NCBI RefSeq assembly: GCF_001194135.2
Contig: NC_068993.1
Location: 28,605,969-28,641,682, forward strand
Reading direction: 5' to 3'
Length of the DNA: 35,714 nucleotides
Source: Octopus bimaculoides
Lineage: Eukaryota
Shown: positions 21,928 to 31,629 of the stretch, in pieces
How the letters are laid out: each line of letters starts with the position of its first letter
How positions within the stretch are numbered: position 1 is the first letter of the stretch
Notes under the pieces: generated by a model
The model's input: only the letters and a program-made list of their open reading frames with translations
What the model was told of the DNA's origin: nothing
The model's database searches: none
Position numbers and translations under genes: made by a program

Positions 21928-22601
21928 NNNNNNNNNNNNNNNNNNNNNNNNNNNNNNNNNNNNNNNNNNNNNNNNNNNNNNNNNNNNNNNNNNNNNNNNN
22001 NNNNNNNNNNNNNNNNNNNNNNNNNNNNNNNNNNNNNNNNNNNNNNNNNNNNNNNNNNNNNNNNNNNNNNNNNNNNNNNNNNNNNNNNNNNNNNNNNNNN
22101 NNNNNNNNNNNNNNNNNNNNNNNNNNNNNNNNNNNNNNNNNNNNNNNNNNNNNNNNNNNNNNNNNNNNNNNNNNNNNNNNNNNNNNNNNNNNNNNNNNNN
22201 ATAAGTATATATAAATATGTGTATATATGAATGTGTGTATTGTGCAAAAAAATTGGTTATAGAATGAAATATTTATAGATTTAAATTTATGAATTTACAA
22301 AATTTCAGTTAGATTATTTAGTTATTTATGATTAAGCTCACTCTTATAAAGCGTTTTTGTAAAGCCTTAGGAATTATAAATATTTTCATTTGATAGTTTT
22401 CATCAAATATTTAAGCAGATATATCTATCTGATGAAGCATTATTACATATCTAAATGGATTTGATTATTCTTGAAAAACTTTGTTTTATTAATGAAGCGG
22501 TAACAGCTGTAATTTATGAGATGTGAGATTTGTTTGTATAAAATATTTAAATTGAATTGAATTTATAATTGTTCAATTTATTGTTTTGTTTTCCATTTCT
22601 G
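21271..22601. repeat. Diverged inverted-repeat pair (21271-21348 and 22518-22601)
   Basis: CAGAAATGGAAAACAAAGCAATAAACTGAATAATTATAAATTCAATTCAA...CACATCTC matches the reverse complement of the right arm. Confidence 0.8.
21928..22200. other. Assembly gap
   Basis: Run of N next to a (TA)n tract. Confidence 1.
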
Positions 22602-23096
22602 GTTGATGTGTGTGTGTGTGTGTGTATGTGTGTGTATTGTCTGCTTTTATGTTATAATAAAAACAATTTTACATTAAATTGAAGGATTACTCAATACATT
22701 TCGTAGAGCATAAATTTATTCTTTAACAGGAAAAGTATTGACAGTAACTTTGAAGTTTCAGTCAGCTAAGCTACCATCAGACTGTAATACATTTAAGTTC
22801 ATCTTGGTTTTATGTATATAGTCTCTGTTAAGTTAAAATTTTCTAGGATAACCTGAGTTCTGTTGAATGATAATTAGGCTGGCTGTATGGTAGGTGGTGA
22901 TGGCAAGATGTTATGGAGAATTTTTATCAATTAAATTTGGGAAAGTGCTAATCGTTAGAATTTATTCATGCATTTAGATCTTTGTATGTAAGTGCATGTA
23001 TTTAGGTGTGTCAGCTTCAGCTCATCGAGGTTCACTAAAGGATGTAGCTAAGTTGTTGGTTAGTAGATCTGCATTTGGTTTGGTTGTTATTGGTTT

Positions 23097-23445
23097 TTTA
23101 GTAGAAAGTGGGTTATACATCTTTAGATTGTATACCTGACTTTCCACTATAAAATTAAAGAATATAACGGAACGCTGAACTCCAGACTAAACAACTTAAA
23201 CAACACTTTATTTTGGTGGTAAATATGTACATCTTTAGTTCTTGTTGTTTCAGCTTCTGTGTGTATGAGCATAGTTGTTGGGACGTTGTTCTGTAGTTGT
23301 GAGCGAGCTGTCTTGTGTAAGTCCGAAAGATGTAGAGACAGCTTTAGCACACGTCCATGCTCATGGTCGGCCGACCGTAAAAGAGAAAGATTAAAGCGGG
23401 AAAGTTTGGTTGTTTAATTCTACGCATGCGCACGGCGTTACTACA
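23097..23445 (-). repeat. 3' LTR (349 bp)
   Basis: By manual comparison it differs from 24679-25024 by about 6 substitutions and one 3-bp indel. AATAAA present on the minus strand. Confidence 0.9.
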
Positions 23446-23601
23446 GAGCTCCCTTGCCAGTGCGGAAACGCACGATAAATGAAATCTGTTAGAACGCCTG
23501 AGGCAGGATGGCCACTGAAAACCACCCACAAGATGTGGTACAAACACACACAAAGAAAATCCAAAGAAATGAAATGTACACTTGTGAAATACATGCATGC
23601 A

Positions 23602-24584
23602 NNNNNNNNNNNNNNNNNNNNNNNNNNNNNNNNNNNNNNNNNNNNNNNNNNNNNNNNNNNNNNNNNNNNNNNNNNNNNNNNNNNNNNNNNNNNNNNNNNN
23701 NNNNNNNNNNNNNNNNNNNNNNNNNNNNNNNNNNNNNNNNNNNNNNNNNNNNNNNNNNNNNNNNNNNNNNNNNNNNNNNNNNNNNNNNNNNNNNNNNNNN
23801 NNNNNNNNNNNNNNNNNNNNNNNNNNNNNNNNNNNNNNNNNNNNNNNNNNNNNNNNNNNNNNNNNNNNNNNNNNNNNNNNNNNNNNNNNNNNNNNNNNNN
23901 NNNNNNNNNNNNNNNNNNNNNNNNNNNNNNNNNNNNNNNNNNNNNNNNNNNNNNNNNNNNNNNNNNNNNNNNNNNNNNNNNNNNNNNNNNNNNNNNNNNN
24001 NNNNNNNNNNNNNNNNNNNNNNNNNNNNNNNNNNNNNNNNNNNNNNNNNNNNNNNNNNNNNNNNNNNNNNNNNNNNNNNNNNNNNNNNNNNNNNNNNNNN
24101 NNNNNNNNNNNNNNNNNNNNNNNNNNNNNNNNNNNNNNNNNNNNNNNNNNNNNNNNNNNNNNNNNNNNNNNNNNNNNNNNNNNNNNNNNNNNNNNNNNNN
24201 NNNNNNNNNNNNNNNNNNNNNNNNNNNNNNNNNNNNNNNNNNNNNNNNNNNNNNNNNNNNNNNNNNNNNNNNNNNNNNNNNNNNNNNNNNNNNNNNNNNN
24301 NNNNNNNNNNNNNNNNNNNNNNNNNNNNNNNNNNNNNNNNNNNNNNNNNNNNNNNNNNNNNNNNNNNNNNNNNNNNNNNNNNNNNNNNNNNNNNNNNNNN
24401 NNNNNNNNNNNNNNNNNNNNNNNNNNNNNNNNNNNNNNNNNNNNNNNNNNNNNNNNNNNNNNNNNNNNNNNNNNNNNNNNNNNNNNNNNNNNNNNNNNNN
24501 NNNNNNNNNNNNNNNNNNNNNNNNNNNNNNNNNNNNNNNNNNNNNNNNNNNNNNNNNNNNNNNNNNNNNNNNNNNNNNNNNNNN
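23602..24584. other. Assembly gap inside the LTR element
   Basis: Run of N. Confidence 1.
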
Positions 24585-24662
24585 TCCATGGCCGTATTTG
24601 TTCTTTAGTCGGGGTTCACCAGTTATAGGTTGGTAGTCCAGAGTCCATGCTGCGTTTTTCTT

Positions 24663-24677
24663 CGTCGGGGGTCACCA
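24663..24677 (-). promoter_or_regulatory. Primer-binding site, tRNA-Trp type
   Basis: Minus strand TGGTGACCCCCGACG, complementary to the eukaryotic tRNA-Trp 3' end CGTCGGGGTCACCA with one extra C. Confidence 0.85.
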
Positions 24678-24678
24678 T

Positions 24679-25024
24679 TTTAGTAGAAAGTGGGTTATAC
24701 ATCTTTAGATTGTATATCTGACTTTCCACTATAAAATCAAAGAATATAACGGAACGCTGAACTCCAGACTAAACAACTTAAACAACACTTTATTTAGGTG
24801 GTAAATATGTACATCATTAGTTCTTGTTTCCGCTTCTGTGTGTATGAGCATAGTTGTTGGGACGTTGTTCTGTAGTTGTGAGCGAGCTGTCTTGTGTAAG
24901 TCCGAAAGATGTAGAGGCAGCTTTAGCACACGTCCATGCTCATGGTCGGCCGACCGTAAAAGAGAAAGATTAAAGCGGGAAAGTTTGGTTGTTTAATTCT
25001 ACGCATGCGCACGGCGTTACTACA
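24679..25024 (-). repeat. 5' LTR (346 bp)
   Basis: Minus strand begins TGTAGTAAC, ends TACTAAA, and is followed after 1 nt by the PBS. Confidence 0.9.
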
Positions 25025-25679
25025 GTTTTATTGAGATATTAAAAAGATGTTTACCTTTTGTTTTGAGAATGTGAAGGTTAAATCTTGGGGTTCAGCTCAG
25101 AGTTTTAACCTTTGTAATTAGGTGTGTTTACTGGATTTGTCAGCTTTTAGGGGATTGATATACAAGGGTTCACAAAAGAAAGTAAGTAGGTGGTAAGGTT
25201 TAGTCAGCAGGTTAGTATTATTTATGGTTTTTCACCTGTTTATATTGAGAGGGTTTTGTTTATCACTCAAGCATGTCACTGCGTTATTAGTATGGAAAAT
25301 TTGTTAATTAACTGTTTTAATGTTTGCAAGAGTATGTAGGAGGTTTCAAAGTTGTTGGTCAGCATATTTGTTTCTTGAGGATCATTCTTCTGGAAAATAT
25401 TTAGTCGTTATTTATAAATGTTAATGTATGTGTTTAAGGAGACAAACTTTGTAAGGTATATTTTTATAAATATTTCTTATATTCAGTTTCAAGCACAGAT
25501 ACTTTATAATACATTATTGGTACTTATTAAAATGTGCTAAAAGTAAGCATTATCATAAATGTACAAGAAATTCTAGGCCAGGTTATTCCTCTATCCTCCT
25601 TGCATATGTGTATGTGTGTATTTTTTGTAGGTGTGGGTACTTGTTTTAGAAAATTTTGTGGACATTTTTTGAAAACTAA

Positions 25680-27341
25680 TGAAGACAATCTAGTTGGGCA
25701 AGTGACAGTATGTACTGCTCAAGGTTTGAATGATGAAGAGAAGGAGATTTTAGAAATGTTGTGAGGTAAAATGTCTGATGGGAACTACGAAGTACCACCA
25801 AATGTAAGATATATGGACAGAGAAAAAGTAAGGAGAGTCACAGGCAAAGTAAACAATGTTTTAAGCTTGCTTAAAAACAGAAAACATCAGTGAAACAAAC
25901 CAGCTAATCATAGCTGCTGCTAATGTTGTAGCTAACATAGACTACAAGTGAAAAACTGAAAATAAAAAAAGGAAATGAAAGAAATAACCAAGCTGGAGGA
26001 AGAGAATACAAATGAAGCTCGAAAAGACAGAAAGAGCTGGGGAAATTGCATAAGGTAGTAATCAGAAAATTGAATGGACAGTACAGGTGAGAAGAAAAGG
26101 AAAAACAAACAGTACGTGTAGAATTGACATAAAAGATGTCAGCATTAAAGGCCAAATTGAAAAGATATGTTACCAGACACAAAGGTTTCAAACTGAATAG
26201 ATCAAATAGAAGTTGTCTTTTTGAGGAAATAGAAGGAAGCCAACACCAAGAACTAATTCCAGATGTGGAAGAAAGTAATGAATTTTGGAGAGGGCTGTGG
26301 AACAGGCTGCTGAGACATAAAGCATGGAGTGGCTATCAAAGGTGGAAAAACAACTTGCAACAGTACCAAGACAGAAGTTTTAAAAAATAGCAACTTGGAA
26401 AGGACCAGGCCCAGATGGAGTACAAGACTATTGGTTGAAGAACTTCATACAGTTGCAGGAAAGGATCGCTGAGCAACTGGATGACTGCCTGCAGCAAGGT
26501 CACATCCCTGCTCGGATGACAAGTGGACGAACGCTGCTACACCTCTGGGATCCCTTGAAAGGGAACTTGGCATCAAATTTTCAACCTATAACCTGTTTAC
26601 CACTAATGTGAAAGCTTATGCCTGATATATTGGCGGAAGAGTTATACAACCATCAAGAAAGTAACAATCTACTTCTAGAAAAACAGAAAGGATGCCGGAA
26701 ATAAAGTAGGACAACAAAAGATCACTTATTTGTTGATAAAATGATTATTAGAAACTGTAGACACAGATTGATGAGACTGAATGTAGCATGGCTAGATTAC
26801 AAAAAAGCATATGACATGGTCCTAATTATCATAAGTAAAATAACGAGCATGTTTGGAATAGCAAAAAACATGGAGAAAATACTCAATGAAAGTATGAAAC
26901 ATTGGAATACTGAATTGATCATAAGGAAACAAAGACTCGGAAAAGTGAACATCAGATTTGCAATATTCCAAGGTGAAATCGAAAAAACGTCCATCTCAAG
27001 ATGGTTACAATACCACTGATTGCAGGAGCACCTGAAATGATCAAAAGAGGAATTGAAAATTATTTGAAAATGATCTCTAGCTTACCATCCATGCAAGAAA
27101 TGCGAAAGATTGTTTTAACTGGTACATCACATATATTGAGAAGAGTATTGTTGCTGTGAGAATGATTACAACCCATGTAAATTTTTTTGTCTTTTTTCTT
27201 TCATATAATTTGACTTTGTAAATGAACAATCTGATGTGTTTACTGTAATGGCCTATCAATGCATACTGTGAGTTTCTTTGCCCTAGGTGTTGGGAAAACT
27301 CTCAGCAAGAAATGGAAATAAAATTGAAAAAACTCATGATG

Positions 27342-27381
<40 letters not shown>
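25680..27381 (+). mobile_element. R4/Dong-clade non-LTR retrotransposon, internally deleted, 3' end at (AAT)n
   Basis: ALKAKLKRY..PDVEESNEFW; WKGPGPDGVQDYWLK; NFQPITCLPLM*KL; QKGCRK*SRTTKDHLFVDK; AWLDYKKAYDMV; IFQG joined to the C-terminal HLKMVTIPLIAGAPEMIK..IVLTGTSHILRRVL (stop at 27157-27159); 3' UTR runs to (AAT)n at 27342-27382. Confidence 0.88.
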
Positions 27382-27382
<1 letters not shown>

Positions 27383-27384
27383 TA

Positions 27385-27598
27385 TGGTTTCAAATATTGG
27401 CACAAGGCCAGCATGTTTGGGGAAGTGTGCAAGTCAATTGCATCAATCCTAGTGATCAACTTGTACTTATTTAATTACCCTAAAAGGATGGAAGGCAAAG
27501 CAGACTTTGGCAAAATCTGAACTCATAACATAAAGATGGATGAAATGCCACTAACCATTTTTTCCAGTATGCTAATGATTCTGCCAGCTCACTGCCTT
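27385..27598 (-). mobile_element. SINE family B, tail-to-tail with the R4/Dong element
   Basis: GGTTTCAAATATTGGCACAAGGCC...CTGCCAGCTCACTGCC, the reverse complement of the 6546-6757 type. Confidence 0.85.
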
Positions 27599-27627
27599 AG
27601 TAATGATGATGATGATGATGATGATAT

Positions 27628-28003
27628 GAAGAGCACTCAGAGAGCACAAATCTCCACGAAGGCAACACCAACATCCTCTCAATGAATAGCCGGAGATTAT
27701 TTTTAAAATGAAAATATCTGAAATAAACTCAACTGCTCTCACAAACAAGAATACTAAAAATGAACCTGACCGCTCTCAAAAATTAAGTAAAAAAAATGGA
27801 AAAATAATCCAGAATCTTTGTCTGGTATGAGATCGATCCCAAAATCTAATCAGTTTGTGCCAGTCAGGAGGCCAAACATCCCAGAAAGTTTCATCTGAAT
27901 CTATCCAGCAGTTCTTGAGATATCTTGCCCATGGACAAACAAACAAGCAAACAAAAAACACAACTGAAAATAATATCTCCGCCTTCACTAAAGTGGAGGT
28001 AAA
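27628..28003 (+). mobile_element. Probable Helentron-associated non-autonomous element (HINE/DINE-1-like)
   Basis: 5' subterminal motif TCTCCACGAAGG, (AAAC)n microsatellite near the 3' end, and 3' hairpin CTCCGCC-ttcactaaa-GTGGAG-GTAA (27977-28002). This asymmetric subTIR plus hairpin layout is typical. Confidence 0.6.
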
Positions 28004-28535
28004 AATCCTTTCTACTGAAATAATAACAACAGCAACAACAACACTAGTTACAATAATAGTGATTACACCACCAACCATGACAAACTCACAGGATTAACCA
28101 TCTCTCAAGGGATAGGAGCGTCTATATTCTCTACCACCAATACTTATAATAATTTGCATGGATAACACAGAAAATAATACATACAAGGAAAATTAATCAG
28201 ACAGACCTAACTCGATCCATCATAGATTTTTTTAGTTACACCATTAGTAATGCACTTAATAGGAAGAAACCTTAACTAAATAGCTTCAATTGTTACTTCA
28301 AAATTCAAGCCAACTACAGAAGATTTAAGATGGTATATAAGTACTCATTCCTAGCTAGGCAGCAATTCTCTACCAAGGAGCTACTATTTTTTTTTAAGCA
28401 ATGATAGCACATTTGAATTCTGTTAAATATAAAAAAAATAGTAAGTCTATTTCTGTGGCTGACCACATACACTACCTTAGGGAAAAACTATATCATATGA
28501 TATAGCTTAGTCCATCATCGACTTGGGTCCTCCAT

Positions 28536-29597
28536 ATGAAGGCCAAAACACTCTGTGCTGATTATGCTTGGAAAAAATCTATACAAATACTGTCACAAAA
28601 CCCAACTTACCAAGGAATGTTATGCCGAGTCTTACATGGAAACAGAGCTACAGATAAATTCGAAGTAAAAACAGGAGTTCGACAGGGCTGTATACTTTCT
28701 CCCTTTTTATTTCTACTAGTTATAGATTGGATTATGAAGGAAACTACGATTGAAAGCCAAACAGGCATTGAATGGACGGATGCAGAAGCTCTAGAAGATC
28801 TCAACTTTGCAGATGATATAGCGCTACTTTCACAAACATATAGCCAAATGCAAAATAAAACATCAAAATTAGAAGCAATAGCTGCCAAACTAGGATTGAA
28901 AGTCAACCACAACAAATCAAAACTTATGCATGTTAATGAAGAAAACAGTGAACGTATTAAACTAGAAACCGGTGAACTAGAGAATGTAGCTGAGTTTATG
29001 TATTTAGGAAGTAAGATAATGTTCTCAGGCGGCACTGACGAAGATATTAAGGCAAGAACCGCTTTCCACCTGTTAAAAAAAGTATGGGGCGCAAGTGTAA
29101 TTTCAATAAAGAACAAAATAAGAATTTTTAACATTAATGTAAAAGCGGTGTTATTGTATGGGGCTGAGACATCGCAAACAACAGTTAAGTCAAATAAGCA
29201 AATACAATCGTCCATCAACAGGTGCTTGCGTAGTATACTTAAAATCAGATGGCCCGAACACATAAGCAATATGGAGCTATGGCAAAGAATGAATCAAGTT
29301 TCAATTAGGGAGCAAATATTTAAGAAAAAGTGGAAGTGGATTGGTAGCACAATTAGAAAAGACACACCAAATGTAGCGAAAAGTGCTCTACAGTGGAATC
29401 CGGATGGATATAGAAAGAAAGGTAGGCCTAAGAACTCGTGGTGTAGATCAACACAAAAGGAACTAGAGAAAGGGGGGACATTCATGACAGAGTATAAGTA
29501 CAGAAGCGAAAAATTATGCGACATGGAATTCAATTATAAGTGGCCTATACTCTGCATTAGAGGGTTAAAAGCAAGAAAGAAAAAAATAAGAACCTAA
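28536..29597 (+). CDS. 5'-truncated RTE-clade LINE RT C-terminal half, open for 353 codons
   Basis: TGVRQGCILSPFLFLLVIDWIM; EDLNFADDIALLS; FMYLGS; VKAVLLYGAET; WKWIG; WNPDGYRKKGRPKNSW. Homology starts at about 28605, so the ATG is probably fortuitous. Confidence 0.9.
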   Translation: MKAKTLCADYAWKKSIQILSQNPTYQGMLCRVLHGNRATDKFEVKTGVRQGCILSPFLFLLVIDWIMKETTIESQTGIEWTDAEALEDLNFADDIALLSQTYSQMQNKTSKLEAIAAKLGLKVNHNKSKLMHVNEENSERIKLETGELENVAEFMYLGSKIMFSGGTDEDIKARTAFHLLKKVWGASVISIKNKIRIFNINVKAVLLYGAETSQTTVKSNKQIQSSINRCLRSILKIRWPEHISNMELWQRMNQVSIREQIFKKKWKWIGSTIRKDTPNVAKSALQWNPDGYRKKGRPKNSWCRSTQKELEKGGTFMTEYKYRSEKLCDMEFNYKWPILCIRGLKARKKKIRT

Positions 29598-29929
29598 CAC
29601 AATTATTAAACAAACAGCATAAAGTGGATTTTTTCTTTGTGTTCATAAATACTTTAAGACCTTTAGATTTTACCACAAATCTAAATGTGTTAAGTCAAGT
29701 ACCTCTGAATAGTTCTCTTACACATTACTTTCACTGAAGCATAGTTGGGATATGGCATAAGCTTACTTAATTAAATTACTGTATTTACCTTATCTTATTA
29801 TATTCTTCTCTCTTAACCCATCATAAAACACTTAATTCCTATTAGCAACCACTTACATTTTTCCTCTTCACCTAGCTTATAACTTATATACTAGGTACTT
29901 AAATTAAACACTGTCTTTTATCTATTATT

Positions 29930-30155
29930 TTTTACTTGTTTCTGTCAGTAAACTGTGGCCATGCTGGGGCATCACCTTGAAGAATTTTTAGCTGAATGAA
30001 TCAAAACCAGTATTTTTTTCTCATTTATTATTTTTTGAAGCCTGGTACTTATTCTTTTGTCCTCTTTTGCCAAACTGCCTGGTTACAGGGATGTAAATAT
30101 ACCAACACTAGTTATCAAGTGGTGATGGAGAGAAAACACAGACACAAAGACACAC
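29930..30155 (-). mobile_element. SINE family A, 3' half
   Basis: TTTTACTTGTTTC..GGCCATGCTGGGGCA..GGTACTTATTC..CTCTTTTGCCAAACTGC is the reverse complement of the 3' part of 1008-1383. Confidence 0.75.
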
Positions 30156-30684
30156 TCATTAGTTAAATTCATATATTTACTTTTATTTATTTAATCTATT
30201 TATTTACCCTATTTCATTTTATTTTACTTTATTTTATTTTATCTTAATACGTTATACTTCACTTTATTTAAATCTAGTAATAATTTAATATTTTCTTTAT
30301 ATTACCAATTTTCAATATTTTCATATTTTTATAGCTGACATCATTATAACCAGTTGAAGTTTACCTTAATTTATTTATTCCTCTACCCTATAGCCTCCCT
30401 CTTAATACTCAGTATTACTCCTTCCCCACCATATACCATGCTGGAATCACTACGCTAAACTGCTATTGTTGAAGACTTTATCTTATTTAAAAACCTCAAA
30501 CACTACCCTACCTACCCCCTTTGGCTATCTGATATTTCTAACCCACACTGGACATTACCATTACAATAGGATTCTTACCATTATACATATTGTCTTCTTC
30601 ATACCTTACCATTGTGTCTCCCTTTCCCTACATATTTCAGTATCCCCTATTCCTTTATATGTATATAAATATATGAGTGTTTGT

Positions 30685-31625
30685 GTGTACACACACACAC
30701 ACACACACACACAGCTCAAATTAACAGAAAACAAAATATGAAGCACAATATATGAGAATGGTGTGTGTGAGTGTGTATGTGTGAATGGAGGTGGGTGCAT
30801 GTGAATGTATATGTGGGCAAGCCTAAAATTATGTGGGCCTCTGTGTGTGTATGTGTATAAGTAACCCATTGCGTGCATTTTGTGGAGTGATATGCTTTGC
30901 ACGTATTTGTGTGTGTGCATATGGATGTGAGTATGTCTGTGAAGCTGTGTATATGTGTGTGAGGCTATCGTATGTGTGTGTGTGTGTGCGTGTACAAATG
31001 CATGGACATGTGTGTGCATATGGGAGTGTGTGTGTGTATGCATATAAGTAACTTAATGCCTGCATTGTGTGGAGTGATGTGTGTTTTGTGTGTGTGTGTG
31101 TGTGTGCAAATGCTAGTGTGAAGCATTTAATGTATGCTTATTCGAGTGGTGTGCGCACGTGTGTGTGTGTGTGTGTGGATGTCTGTTAGTGCATGAAGTG
31201 TGTATGTGATCCTTTAATGTGTGTGTGTGTTGTGCATGTTTACGTGCAAAAGTTGCATGTGTTTATGTGTGTGTATGTATATATTGTCTGTTCTTAGGCA
31301 TGTTGTGTGCATGTGCACTGTGTGTGTGTTTTAGGAGTGAATACTGTGTGTTGTCAGAGAATGCATAGAGGTACGAGGTGGAATAGGGGTGATGAGAGTT
31401 TGGGGCTGGGAGGTATTGGGTGCTAGTGTGTGTGGAGTGGGAAGGTGTGTGTGAGTGCATATGCATGTGAGTGTGTGTGGGAGTGTGCATAATGGTGTGT
31501 GGTGTGGGTACTGAGTTGAATAGTACACAGGGGTGTTCGAACAATGGCAGGTGTGAGGAGGTGCATGATGGTGTGTGGTGTACTTGGAGGTGTTAGTGCT
31601 AGTGTGTATGGAGTGAGAAAGTGTG
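30685..31625. repeat. Degenerate (TG)n-rich region downstream of the minus-strand PLE
   Basis: Seen directly; generates the HT/VC pseudo-ORFs. Confidence 0.9.
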
Positions 31626-31629
31626 TGGT

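Larger units (their letters stand above)
23097..25024 (-). mobile_element. Young small LTR retroelement (TRIM-like or non-autonomous Gypsy), interior partly in a gap
   Basis: Near-identical LTRs, TSD GTTT (23093-23096 and 25025-25028), tRNA-Trp PBS, and short PPT AAGGGAG before the 3' LTR on the minus strand. Confidence 0.88.

Noticed and set aside
15862-24636. Long ORFs of 113-385 aa made mostly of X
   Set aside because: They are open only because they cross N gaps.
23097-25024. The 346/349-bp direct repeat as an assembly artefact around the gap
   Set aside because: The copies differ, are not adjacent to the gap, and have PBS, PPT and TSD in the right places. Haplotype duplication is unlikely but not fully excluded.
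22680-25500. Decayed minus-strand PLE N-terminal region hosting the small LTR element
   Set aside because: Composition is suggestive, but I could not recover a convincing conserved motif.
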